From: Diadema antillarum
Taxonomy: Eukaryota
Direction: 5' to 3'
DNA length: 64,000 bases
Assembly: GCF_040938485.1 (NCBI RefSeq)
Contig: NW_027271384.1
Coordinates: 310,001-374,000, forward strand
Shown here: in pieces, positions 27,894 through 41,282 of the stretch
Layout: every line of letters starts with the position of its first letter
How positions within the stretch are numbered: position 1 is the stretch's first letter
Translations under genes and position numbers: made by a program
The notes under the pieces: model-generated
Databases searched by the model: none
Seen by the model: only the letters and a program-made list of their open reading frames with translations
What the model was told of the DNA's origin: nothing

Positions 27894-28245
27894 AGGGGAT
27901 GGCTAGTAACCGATCAGTGGGAATCAGTGGGAATGCTGAGGGATGATTGTTCCAATCCTTGTGGGATTCATTTAAGAGTACATTATATATATATCTACTG
28001 TTGTGTGAAAATTATTTGCTTCAGAATGGTCTCATATTGAAGTAATGTGCAGATTAATGCCCCGTCACTGACCAGGCACGCTAACCTGGAAACATTAAAC
28101 TGCACATATACTTGAATATGAGACCATTCTGAAGCAAATAATTTTCACACAACAATAGCTATAGTAAATGAATCCCACAAGGATTGGAACAATCATCCTC
28201 CAGCATTCCCACTGATTCCCATTGATCAGTTACTAGCCTTCCCCT
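27894..28245. mobile_element. Fold-back MITE (Kolobok-like), copy 2
   Basis: Same family and orientation as 27258-27614; flanks are TTAA and TTGA. Confidence 0.85.
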
Positions 28246-29099
28246 TTGAGGGTCATGCCATCATGATGCCCAGTTGTGGCCAAGCTAGATCAATGTATGT
28301 TTAAAACGGATAAGCAAATAAAATGAATAAAAGTGCATGATTATAGACGTGATTATAATCGCGTGGAATATGATGATTGATTACTAACAGCACAAAGACA
28401 GCACACAGACTGCAATTCAAACAATTATTGATTCTCTTCAAAGTCAGGAGCAAATCATTAATATTGTGACATTAAATAGTCTATAGCTCCATTTCAATTC
28501 GGATGTAGAATGATAATAAAAAAAATCAAGATCTGACACTTCTCGTTAATTTTTGTTTCTGCCCTGTTCAATGCAACTTCGGTGCAATTTTCGTGCATGT
28601 TTTCTTAGCGTAACATATTCTTCACACTTGGAATGATTTTATATGGATATCAAAATTAAGTGTTTCTATTTACCTGTTGAGAATGTCGTTAATGAAATTA
28701 ATAAAATGAAAAGTGAAATAAAAATGTAAAAATCAGACGTGCAGTGTTATTATTTCAGTATAATACAGTCATGGAACAGAATTATCTATTTAAACATAAG
28801 ATACTGCAATGTTGCACGAATAAAATGGTCAGTTTCAACATTGAATATTTTGTCGATCGGATGCCTAAAAGCATATGACTTTCAACTTGGGAAACAAGTG
28901 AAACATAAATCTATGTACCTTCATTAATTGTTTAAAACATTTTTTTATTTTAGTCAGGATATTCATGGTCACAATACAAGGTCACATGATCTCATGCAAA
29001 CCGTCAGGCACCGAGAGTCCATCTTTCAGGTAACCAATTCATTATACACCGGCATAAATTGGGCAAATATATGATTTTGCCCCCCCCCCCCCTCATAAT

Positions 29100-29625
29100 T
29101 CCCGAGATGTGGAAAATTTTCTAGCTTTTCTGTATAGAAAACTGTTCAAATATTCCACCCAAAGCATGCACCAGATTGCTGACTGTCGATTCTAAAATGC
29201 TAAATCTCCCTCGCATGGGAAGGGAATACCCCCTCCAACACCCTCCCCTCATGCGCTCTTGATTCTTTGCAATAGACTTAGTATTACATTGCAGATTGAC
29301 AGATTTCCTAATATTTCATGAAAAGCGCCATACGCAACAGGTCTGTCACTTCAACTAAGGAAATACAAACCTTCTCTTGTGTTGGAATGCTGTATCTTCC
29401 CAAATCAAACCTTTCCCCTATCCCCCATAGGTCTAGTTCTATTACACTTTGACTTTGAAGATTTAAAATTTCCCATGTTCTTGTAAGATGCGATATCTTA
29501 CAAGGTATTATATTTTCATTTGCATTCGAAAAAGAAATGAATGAAGGTAGCTCTCTTGACGCCCGGTCGTCTGTTCTGGGGGCAAGGGGAGAAGTTGCCA
29601 TTCCTTCTTATGATTTTTTTTTTTT

Positions 29626-29656
<31 letters not shown>

Positions 29657-30005
29657 GGGCTAACACATGATTTAGACCCCTCCCCCATAATTCCAGAGAT
29701 GATGATGGTGATGATGACGATGATGATTGTTATTCTTATTATCATTATCATTACAATTAGCAGAACCTTTTATTATTTTGTTTTGTTTTTTGAAACAAAA
29801 TTGTCCAAATATTTCGACCAAAGAGTACGTGCGCCAGGAAGTATAATTGTACATGTATTTCAGTTTCTGAAAATGCAAAACCTCGGCGCGTGGGAATAGG
29901 ATGCAGCCTCCAACACCCTCCCCCATTAGTTCCCCACTATTCCATACTTGGCTCACTTTCAAGATTAGGCCTAAAAATCAATGTCCAAATTTTACCCCCC
30001 CCCCC

Positions 30006-30039
<34 letters not shown>

Positions 30040-30370
30040 GGGGTGATGTTCATCACTTTGTCACTTCAATTCAAAGAAAAAAACAAAACAAATATCAAGA
30101 GTTCTCCGCATAGATGACAGACTTAAATTACTACAGTTCTCTCATACAGAATGCATCCGGATATTCCACCAAAAGTGTGCGCCAGATCGATTGTTGAATT
30201 TCAATTCCAATATGCAAGTAATATTACTAATAATTAAGCTCCCTCGAATGGGAAGGGGATACTCCCCCCCCCCCCCCATCCCCGACAATTCTCTTCCGCG
30301 GTCCCCCTCCGTTGAATCTTTGGGGATTGAGAATTGTCCGAAAATTCCACAAGTTTGCACCTCTTTTTCC
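29100..30370. repeat. Cluster of degenerate interspersed repeats with C/G homopolymers
   Basis: Related segments (..CCAGAT.. CTCCCTCG(C/A)ATGGGAAGGG.. CCTCCAACACCCTCCCC) near 29160, 29870 and 30170. Confidence 0.5.
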
Positions 30371-30399
30371 CACACACCTTTACTGTGCTACCGATACAA

Positions 30400-30898
30400 T
30401 GAGAAAGAGATTCAGAGAGACAGACGGAATGAAAAACAGAAGCCAATTTGGCGATTTAGGCTTTCTTATACAGTGGTTTCAGGTTGTTGCGCACGCACGC
30501 GCGCCCGTGCTACTTGTTGTTGCTCTTTCTGCTTCAATATTTGGCGAGAAGATGAGTTGATGCTGAAGGGGGAAGGTAAGAGGATTTTGGCAGTTTGAGA
30601 CGGGCCCAAGCTTTTTATTATCAGCCCATATGTCGTTAATGTGTCACCGTTATTTGATGGTTAAAAATAACTGCATAGCTGATTTCTCTGTCATTTGCAT
30701 AGCCATTTATTTTGGTTGGGTAATAAGCTTAAAAAGCGATGGTTGTTTGTGTGGTACCACCTACTGAAAGAAATGTTGGAAGTTTTCGCCGTGCTAAATG
30801 CACTGCTAAGACAGTGCTATGCGCTATGCTCCATACGAGCGCTGAGCTGAGCAGCTAGCAGAGCAGAGCTGAGCTGAGCCTGAGGCTGAGCTGTAAGT
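30400..30898 (+). promoter_or_regulatory. Putative PRCC promoter and non-coding first exon
   Basis: CpG-richer stretch ending in a strong donor GTAAGT (30893-30898). PRCC coding exon 1 is preceded by an acceptor-like TTGAACAG (ending 43913) only 18 nt before the ATG. Inference; no transcript evidence. Confidence 0.4.
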
Positions 30899-31419
30899 TA
30901 GTAACTATAATAATCCCGGGGCGCTGTGACCAGTACGTGTTGGGGTTGTCATGCGGTTAGACCTAATAGGACTAGAGTCAAAAGGCCTATGATTTAGCTT
31001 AGGTCTAGATCTAGACTCGACTCTAGTAATAGTATACTCTACACGGACTACAGCAGAATTGATAGAGATTAGAACCCTAAATAATGATCGTGCTAATTTA
31101 TTGTGAAACATGATTCTCTTACTCTGTCTAGTCTAACCGTAATACAGTTAGCTAGGTAGAAACCACCTTCTAGACTAATCTAGGGCTCTAGTCTAGAACC
31201 TAACAAAGTTACAGAGCTAAATAATAGAAAGTTGCGGTAACAAATGTATATATTTTTATTTTAAGTAATTCATAAGTGAAATTTGATTTAAAATCTAACG
31301 TTACCATGGGCGTAATTATCATTCTAAATCCTAAAGACTTCTAGTTTTATAGTTGTTGCCCTCAGGCTCATGGTAAAGATGCTAACTGCTACAAGATGGT
31401 AATCATTAATCATGATAAG

Positions 31420-32044
31420 TGTAGCTGCTGGTTATTGCTACTGACTCTTATATGCTGTAATGTATGATACCCTGGCACCTTGTGTAATCTTGGGTTGGCT
31501 CTTTCTTATCACGCCACTCTTCCGCCGATCCGTCTCCCGATTTCCACTTCCATTCACACTTCATCATCCGATCATCACACACACTGATGCTCTGCACACA
31601 CTTGCGCTGCTCTGGCACGGAACGGTACTCACAAACTTGCAGCGAATCACAATCAAGTAACTGTGCTGTGGTATTGTCCACTGTGTTCTTTAATGCATCG
31701 TTTCACGTCTGACTCACTATTTTCTACACTTGGACACTTGAGACACGATGGAGCATCAATGAAGGTCAACACGATGAATTCTTCACTGCCTGTCTGTTCT
31801 ACATCCTTACATGATTACCGAGCAGAAAAGGTGAAAAGGTGGAAAAGCGGTACAAAGTGGGAAAAGCAGAAGAAGCAGATTGACAGATTGTGCGCCTCCC
31901 CCGGGTCACAATCACAGCATCCCTCACTCGTTTCTATCAGCCAAGTCCTCTCTTCTCTTTATATGTACTGCCTATTATACTAGTAAGATGCATTTTTAGA
32001 TTCGACCACAAGGTGGCGCTATTCCTGTTAAATCGGCAGTAACA
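31420..32044 (-). repeat. 3' LTR of BEL element
   Basis: 625-bp direct repeat of 42899-43523, preceded on the - strand by a polypurine tract (about 32045-32056). Confidence 0.96.
32003..32021 (+). promoter_or_regulatory. CTCF-like motif in 3' LTR
   Basis: Same CGACCACAAGGTGGCGCTA sequence as in the other LTR. Confidence 0.55.
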
Positions 32045-34345
32045 TTCCGGCCCCTTAATTTTCAACACGCTCGCCGGTGAAAATTATCTCTTTCTGTTTC
32101 CTTGAAACCATGGTAACCAACAATATGTAATCAAATGGTATCCCCATTAAACCAAGCACTATCTGTGCTGAAGAAACTTCACTTAGGTTTCTACAAAACA
32201 CTTCAATGTTCTAGTAACAAATTCAAATACGAACAGATGGTTATCTACCATGCATACATTATAGTATGAAACAAACTAGAACAAGTTAATATAAAACACA
32301 TAACCCAGTGCTCCTTTGAGTTTGGCACTTTAAACTGTTCTGACTGATGAGCATCCTACTCAACTCAATACAAGGCATGTATTTAATCAAGGCACTTGCA
32401 CCTCCTGCTGCTCTTTTTACTAGAATCAATCGTCAAGTGATTGAAATCACAATTTCTCTGAGTTAGCTTGTGTTTCAGAGAGTGTTTCTATGTACATGAC
32501 CAACTTGTAAATGCACAAATCTAGCTTTGAAACTCAGCTTGTCACTATACAACTAAGATCAATTAAGAACAATTGATGCAAAATGTATGCAATACCAAAT
32601 AACGAGTATGCCCATAACATACCAATTTTGTTCAAATACAAAAACTCTCACTATGCATTTGAATCCTCCTTTGGCCTTTTAAACTTTCGATTCTCTTCTA
32701 CCAACACCTGTCAACACCAAATCTGCAAACATTATCATCTGATGAACATATTTGCATGATACACTATTCACTATTAATGACATTTACATTGTATGTACCA
32801 TGTTGTACCTCAATGATAGCATAAAGCAAACAACATCAGAACAACAAATCACCACTTGGTTTTGTCTGATTCTGAAACAATAAAATATACCTTGATAGTA
32901 TACCACTGCTTCTATCTCTCTTGTTCTGACTTTGTGATCTCACAAAATCCATGTTTACTCTGATCTTATACTAGAAAACTGCAACAACTCCCCATAAAAT
33001 GAGAATACAATGCAATACACTTGCAATTACAAAGTGCACTTTTGTTTTCACACTTTTCCAAAATTAACTACACCAAAACCAATGATTTGCATACCAAAAT
33101 TCTATGGTTAACACCTTGACCGATTTAGAAATATTTCTCTTTGTACGTCTGTACCAAACCTCTTATGTTCCATGTTGAATCAGACTTGTGTCTGCACAGC
33201 ATAACATAAAAACACATAATATCATACAGTACACCTTTGAACTGTTCCATTATGTCATAAAGCATTACACCAAATGACTCACACACTGAAGTGAGCATAG
33301 ATCAAACAAAATATATCCAAAGACATATTACTGGGAGTCTCTTTGTCAAAAACTCAAACTTTTGGTATGCTTCTAAACTGCATATGTTCAGTGCTATTAC
33401 ATAGTGTGTACATATAAATACTCTTATCTCATATACCACTTTTGGCAAATTATTACTCTTCACCTAAAGAGCAAATTACCACTGGAACTATATTTTCTGA
33501 ATGTCATCTCCAAAAAATGCACACATACTTTAGCACCTCCATATGATGCAGTATCATGAGGTATATCCACTAGTCAATGAAATATTCTTCTTTTAAGCAT
33601 CAAAACATGTTCCCAGTGGTCAACTGGTGTAGCACTCCTTTTCATAATCACCTTGTGACTCAAAATGCAATACAAATGTGTAACAAATAACACAACTGCC
33701 TTTACCTTGTGTTACACACCAGAATTTTCTCTGTTATAAATGGATCCTTTTTTTTTTTTTTTTTTGAAAACTGATGTTATTTCAGCTTAAACACAAATTT
33801 AACCATTTACACATGTACTCTTCATGCAACTGCGGCCATGAAGTCCAATATCGCTTGAAGCTTATACAGTCGGCTTGTTACAGTCTCTGTCTGTATATAT
33901 CTAATATGTCCAATTTTCTTTGAGTTCCATTAATTTGTTGTTTCCACATATGTCCATTGTGCATCAAACGGTTTGGAGTGTCCTCATCATGCACTTGAGC
34001 AAACTTTGTTGAATGCGAGATGGCACATATCCGGTGATCACAAAATCACGGCAAACTAAGAGTGTGGCGGCGCTTGGCTCGCACCACACCTACTATACAT
34101 TTGCTATTATCTTTGAAGCAAGCAATATTCACACTATTTCAACACGCGATTCACAAATTGTTGTATTGCTGCATAACTGATCCTGCTGCATACACGCTCC
34201 ATGTAAACGTCATGCTATCCTGCTTGATGCTCCAAAACATACAGCTGTGGTCCAACTTCCATATCAAATCTATTTGTGGCGGCGCTTGGCTCGCACCACA
34301 TCATAAGCACAAAATAATTCACAAACTTCAGGATCCCACAACTGA

Positions 34346-37300
34346 TTACACATCTCCTTCCAGCAAAAGGCACAACTTGCTGATAGGCCGCGTATAAGCA
34401 CCCAACTTTGTCTTCACTTCTACGCTGCGAACGTAGCCCTCAGCATCTGGTAGTGTGCGTGTCACTCTCCCCAGCAACCAGGTGTTTCGTGGCAATGTCT
34501 GGTCCACCAGCAGCACCAAGTCACCAACCTGGAGATTGCGTTGTGGTTCCACCCACTTCTGCCTCTGCTGCAACTGGGGAAGATATTCTTTCGTCCATCT
34601 GCGCCAGAACAGATCTGACATGTACTGCACCTGACGCCATCTTCGTCTGGCATACACATCAGTCTCTCGGGTCACCGTTGGTGGTAGTTGTGGTTGTGAC
34701 TTCATTAGAAGCAGATGGTTTGGAGTTAATGCTTCTAAATCAGTCGGGTCATCTGACACCTTGGTAATGGGTCTCCCATTAATGATGGCTTCTGCTTCGC
34801 AAAGGAGTGTCTGCAAACCTTCGTCATCTAGTGTTTGCTGCTTTACAAGGTTAAACAGCAACTCTCTCACTGTGCGTATCTCGTTCCCAGACGCCGCCAT
34901 GATGTGAGCCCCCGGGAGGATTGAAGCTCCACTGTATGTTGTGTTGCAGCAGTGCATCGTTGATCTGTGCTTGATTCCATGCATCTATCTCTCGTTTCAG
35001 TTCTCTTTTTGCTCCAACCAGATTAGTGCCATTGTCAGATCTCATTACTTGCACTGCACCTCTCCGTGCAATGAACCTTCTAATGGCTGCGATGCATGAA
35101 TCTGTACTGAGACTGTCAGCCTTCTCGATATGCACTGCTCTGACTGCAAGGCATGTGAACATCACACCATATCTTTTCACAACTGAACGTCCTCTCTTCA
35201 CATCCAGTGGGCCAAAGAAATCGACTCCTACCCTTGTGAATGGAGGATCATCGGGCTTGATTCTGTCAGCTGGTAAGTCTGCCATCTTCTGCTTAAGAAC
35301 CTTTGCTCGGTTACGTCTGCATTGGATACAGCTCCCCGTTATCTTCCGGACGGCAGAATTTGCACTTGGCATCCAGTAGTTCTGGTGAAGTCGAGCTAGT
35401 ACATAGTTTCTCCCACTGTGCCCTGACATCTTGTGTATGTGTTCTAGGATCAACTTTGACACATGACTCTTCTTAGGGAGAATTACAGGATGTTTCACAT
35501 TCATGGGAAGTGAACCTCGACTCAGCCTTCCTCCAACTCTCAGCAGGCCCTCATCCAGCTCTGGGTCAAGTCTATAGATAGGACTTGCTCTTTTCACCCT
35601 TGTTTTCCGTTCTCCTTTACTTGCTGTTTGAATTGAGCCTTCGTTCTGTAGTCCCTCAATTTCACATGGGAATGCTTCACTCTGGGCAAAACCCACAATC
35701 TTTGCTTCTGCAGCTTGCATTTCCTGAAGTGTCAGTCTCCCTTTCAGGGATTCATCTTGAGAAGTGGTCTGCTCCTTCTTCTGACTCATCCATTTCTCAA
35801 ATCGCCTCAACCAGCACACTGCCCTTTTCAGTCTCATCCAGTCTGAGTAGTGATGGATAAGTTTGCTTGTGGGATTTGAAGTTTCCTCTTTGGTCACTTC
35901 CGTGGCAAGGCATGTTTTCTTCAATTCCAATTCAACATGCAGATTGCTTGGTGAGACTTCACTTCTTGTCAGCCACTCCTCATCTGGTGTTTGGAGGAAC
36001 TCTGGGCCTTCCTTCCAGACATCTGACTGCAGAAACTTATCCGCTTCGATTCCTCTTGAACACATGTCGGCAGGATTAAGTGAAGACTCCACATACCTCC
36101 ACTGGTTTGGTTTGGATCCATCTCGAATCACTGCCACCCTGTTCGCTACGAATGTCTTGAATCGTGACGTGTCATTACTTACGTAGCCAAGAACAGTCAT
36201 ACTATCAGTCCAGAAGAAGGTCTCATCTACCAAGATGTCGAGCTCTTGCTTGATCATGTGGTCAACCCTGACCGCTACAGTTGCTGCTGTCAATTCCATT
36301 CTAGGAATAGATACCTCCTTCAGTGGTGCAACTCTAGCTTTGCTCGTCACAAACTTCATTTGTACTCTTTCTGCATTTTTCCATCGCAGATATGTGACGC
36401 TGCCATAGCCTTTTTCACTGGCATCACAGAAATGATGCAGGGTGACTGACTCTGGCTCAAAATCTGGCAGTTTCAAGCATCTTTCCATCTTGAACTCCAT
36501 CAGCCTTGGTAGTTCGGTCTTCCAGGTGTGCCATTTCCTCAGCAAGTCCGGCGGAATCTTGGCATCCCAGCCCAACCGAGATCTACACAGCACTTGGAGC
36601 AACTGTTTGGCTGGCAACACAACTGGTGCTACACATCCTATGGGATCATACACAGAGCTCACAGTGGATAAAATCCCTCTTCTTGTTTCAGGTTTGTCCT
36701 TCAGATTGATCGTCACACCCAGCGTATCTTCATTTGTAGACCACACAATACCCAGCGCCTTCTCAGTGATCTCATTCTTGACATCTAAGCTCAAGTCTCG
36801 AACACTCTTTGCTCTTTCCTCCACTGGGATCTTGGCTAGCACCTCTGGCTCATTGCATAGCCACTTCGTCAGACGAAATCCCCTTCCTCTACAGATCTCT
36901 GTCAAGTCTGACACCAATTTCTCAGCCTCCTGTACACTCTGCGTTGAACACAAACAGTCATCGACGTAGAAGTTTCGATGCACAGTACGAATGACCTCAT
37001 CTGAGAAGCTACCTGTCTGGTCCTGTGCTGCTCTTTTCAAGGTAAAGTTGGCACATGATGGTGATGATACAGCACCGAAGACGTGTACCTTCATTCTGTG
37101 CTCTGTCAAAGGTTGCTCAATGTCGCCGTTCTCCCACCACAGAAATCTCAACATGTCTCTGTCTCTTTTAGGTACACGGATCTGTGAGAACATGCCCTCT
37201 ATGTCTGCTTGCATTGCCACTCTGTCTTGACGAAACCTGGTCAATACTCCAAACAACTTGTTCGCAAGATCCGGCCCCTGTAGCAGCTCCCTATTGAGAG

Positions 37301-39881
37301 AGAAGTCTCCATACTCAGCTGAGCAATCAAAGACGACCCGCAGCTTCCCTTTTTGAGGATGTACCACACCATGATGGGGAAGATACCACACTCTTCCATC
37401 AATTCTTTGTATTTCTTCCTCAGGTACTTTCTCCGTGTACTCTTTCTTCATCATGGAGTCTACAAAGTCAGTGTATTCCCTTTTGAAGTCTGCTTGTCGT
37501 TCAAACCTTCTCTTCAAATGGCCTGCTCGCTGCATTGCTTGAAGTTTGTTATTCGGCAACTTCACATCATCTCTACGGAAGGGAAGAGCTATTTCATAAT
37601 GACCATCTTCCAGCTTCATTGACTGCTCTACCTTCTTGATGAAGATCAAGTCTTCCTGTGACGTCTCTTCCTTGTCATCAATTATCCTTTCATTGAAATC
37701 TTGATTGAACAGCCTCTCAAACTGCTGGTCAATGTCAGCCTTAGCCTTCACTCTGTGAGACTGGATTTTGTTTCCTTTAGCTCCATCCCTTGATACACCG
37801 TACACCAGCCATCCAAGAACTGTTCTGCATGCAAAGGGCCCATTTGGAATTTCACTGCTTATCACCTCTACTGGCTCCATTGCCCTCGGAACATTGCTTC
37901 CTATTAGCAATCCCACATGCGCCTCTTCTGCTAAGGAAGGCATTTCGATGTTCTGCAGATAGCGCCACTTCCGCACATCCTCTTGCCTAGGAATGTCTTC
38001 CTTGTCTACTGGTATGTACTGTTGTGAGTAAACTTCTGGCAGTCGTATGATGTTGTGTCCCTGCACATCCATAACCTCTAAGTCTCTCAACACTTGGCTG
38101 GTCGTAATCTTTTCGTCTGTCATGGTAGACATGTGGAGGTTGATCGTCTTGCCTTGCACATTCAACGTTGTTGCCAGCTTTTCTGTGCAGAAGACCGCGT
38201 TACTGCCAGAGTCGATGAACGCATATGTCTCTGTGCACACACCTGTCCTTTGTGAGCGTACTCTGACAGGCACAATGGCTGGCAAGGTGTCATTTCCTGG
38301 TGAACTTGTGTTTAAGCTGCACTTAATTGCGTTTGATGCCACCGCTTGATTTTTGTTCTCACTATTCTGTTGTGGCTGCTGCGTAATAGTGGCAGAAGCC
38401 TCTGGTTCTATAGCTTGCTGCTGAGTGCCAGCCGAGTTGTTCTCCCTTTTAGGTTGATCCACCTTAAACTCCCTATGCAGCAGTGTTGGGTGTAGTTTGC
38501 TACAAATGCTGCACTTCAATCTCCTCTTGCAATTTCTTGCAAAGTGGGCAGCACCTTGAAGACAGCTGAAGCACAGACCTTCTTTTTTGCAAAATGACAG
38601 GCGGTCTTCATATGGCTTGGATGCGAGCACTGTGCAATCAGCCAGAGTATGTGTCCCTCTGCTGCAGAACAAGCACACTTCCTTCTTGCTCTCTGCTTTT
38701 GCTGCAGGCATTGCCGATGTGCTGAAACTTGATTTGCCTGCACTTGCAGACACCTTGCCTGTGCCTACAAATTTTGCTGGTGGTTTAGCCTGGTACTTCA
38801 GATTCCCATACACCGGATTCGTTGCAATCCTTGCTTGCTTGGCGATGAATGACACCACATCATCGAAGGTTATGTTGCCTTGCTTCTCCTCTTGGATGTC
38901 ATCTGCTCGATTTCTCCATTTATCCCTCAGCTTGTATGGGAGCTTTCCAATGATCAGCCTTATGTTGTGAGAGTGGTTGACCTCTGACTCCATGTTGAGG
39001 TCCCTGGCAAGATTGTGCAGCTCAGTTACAAAAATCGAGAAGCGATGGAGTTCTTCTCCATCTTCTGGTTTGATGTCAGGCCATTGCACTGCTTTCATCA
39101 TCATGGTCTCTACGATGAGCTGCCTATTGCCAAATTTCCTTCGTAGCAAATCCTTCGCCTTTCTGTAGGCCACAGTCTGGTCTTGGCCGTACATGCAGCT
39201 TTTCACGATGGCATTGGCTTCCCCCAATGTGTATTGGTCCAAATAATACAGCCGATCCGAGTCACTGCAAGTCTTAGCTTCGATGGTATGTTCGAATGCT
39301 CGCACGAAGGAGTGGTAATGTAGTGGGTTTCCTGTGAATGGTTTCACCTGCTTTTGTGGCAGAGAGGCCTTCATGTTTTGCTCAACGAGCATCCTCATCA
39401 GCTGATTCTGTTGCTGTAGAAATGACAACATTGCTGCATTTTCCATTCCAGCAGCACTAGCTGGTGCTGACATTTCCTCACGTGCCTTTCCATTTGCATG
39501 CATATTAAGTGGCTGCATTCTTGAAAAGCCTGTATCTAAGCTCTCTGGTGTCCTGAGTGGACTCGATGGTTGAGGCATGTATGGGTCTTGATGATACATT
39601 GGATAGTCATCCGACGTCTGCTCATCCATCTTTACAAATGGCTGTCTAAAGTCACTGTACTCCCAAATAAGTAAACGTGAACTAAACCTCGAAACTTGCT
39701 GCTTGCTTCCAGCCTGTTTCACTCTTAGTCCTGGCACTGCTTCATCAAGTCTTATCCAAAACTTGTTTAATCTTGGCCTTGCATTTACACTGTAATGTTT
39801 GCAAGTAATGTCCTTCAGGATTTCTGTAGTCCTGGCCTTGCTTAAAATATCATCCAAGACTATGCTGCTTTGGTCCTCCAA
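34346..39881 (-). pseudogene. BEL/Pao gag-pol polyprotein, frameshifted in integrase
   Basis: ORF 34851-39881 (first ATG at 39629) contains gag PFTGNPLHYHSF, three Cys/His knuckles, protease FIDSGS, RT FYVDD, RNase H HFCDAS, and integrase H..H..CxxC, VDFFGP, SDNGTN, GGVWER. The reading frame shifts at 34880/34881 and the C-terminus IRTVRELL...RRWRQVQ..FWRRW..EYLP continues in another frame to 34346. Confidence 0.92.
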
Positions 39882-40705
39882 CTCCTTTCAATACTAGACT
39901 GTCGACTGTAGATCTAGTCCAAGCTGGCTTCCAGTTGTAGTCCTACTGGTACCAAAGCAATTTGTGTACTGTATTAGTCCTAGCCTTGTTTATGACTGCT
40001 CGTAAGCTGTAGAGCTCTAGATCCTTTCTCATTCCAAGGCTCTGCAAACAATTGGTCCTCCAACACTTAAGATCTAGACAGTCCAGATGTAGATCTAGTC
40101 CATACTGCCACGAAGTTGTAAGAGTAAGACCACTTTCTATCCAATTGCAGTCAATATCCAGTTCGGACTGGGTATAACAGCACTCTCACATCAATATAAG
40201 ATCTATTTCCAGACCTTTTCTCCTTTATCCTAGTCTTCAGGTCCAAGACTCTTCCACCATAGACTAGGTGCTAGTCAATGTGGCCTTGTGTCGACATAAT
40301 ATCTATAAATTTGCTATAGTCTTGGCCTTTTACCTGCAGATCTGTTCCAAGACTTCTTAACTTTAGTACTTAGTCCTGGCCTTAGTTGAAGATCATCTGT
40401 TCCACAACTATCCTCAGTAGAGTCCTGGCCTTGTGTTTACTCAGATCTGTTCCAAGACTCCTTCACTTTAGTACGGTACTTAACTTAGTCCTGGCCTTAC
40501 TTGAAGATCATCTGTTCCAAGACTCCTTTACTTTAGCACTTAGTCCTGGCCTGTATACTTGCAGATCTGTTCCACGACTATACTTAGTAAAGTCCTGGCC
40601 TTGTGTTTACTTAGATCTGTTCCAAGACTCGTGCTCTTCAAGTTCTTAGATCTAGTCCTGGCCCTGTGTTTACTCAGATCTGTTCCAAGACTCCTTCACT
40701 TTAGC

Positions 40706-41202
40706 CAGGGCTGCCAACTCTCACGCATTGAGCGTGAGACTCACGCAATTCAACCAATTTTGACTGTCTCACTCTGATAAACGAAATCTCACGCTAAACC
40801 CCCTAAATGGACTGTACATGACTACAAAAATAAATATATCTCTAAATTCTCTGATATTCCGAATATCGATATGCCCAAGCCCAAAATGTCGAGATTTTCC
40901 AGCGCGGGTGTAAAGCTTAACCAATAATAATCGTTTTCGGTTCGCGCGCAAAGACGAGCTATTGGATTACGATTGGCTTCTACCTATACCACGTGAGCGT
41001 AGCGTGTACTTTTGGCAAATTACAGTACATATTGTATGGCTATGACGTGTGCTTTACATCGCTTTACATACACTGACTGTGTACGTAGTACGTACGTACG
41101 TACGTACGGCCGCACAGCAGGCCGCCAGGTGCTAGCCAGCGAGGTCGCTCCGCTCCCTCGTAGTGTCTCACGCCAAACTCTCACTCAAGGTTGGCAGCCC
41201 TG
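40706..41202. mobile_element. Non-autonomous DNA transposon (hAT- or P-like) nested in the BEL leader
   Basis: 13-bp TIR CAGGGCTGCCAAC / GTTGGCAGCCCTG and 7-bp TSD CTTTAGC. Removing it restores a normal leader repeat unit. Confidence 0.85.
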
Positions 41203-41282
41203 CTTTAGCATCTAGTCCTGGCCTCAAGTACTAGCAGTAGCAGATCTGTTCCAAGACTGCTCCTTCGTAGAGACTAACGTTA

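Noticed and set aside
31663-31983. Identical 106-aa ORFs at 31663 and 43142
   Set aside because: These are LTR duplicates, antisense to the element, with no recognisable domain.
32045-34345. env-like third ORF in the BEL element
   Set aside because: No - strand ORF of 60 aa or more in this interval; the sequence is AT-rich and non-coding.
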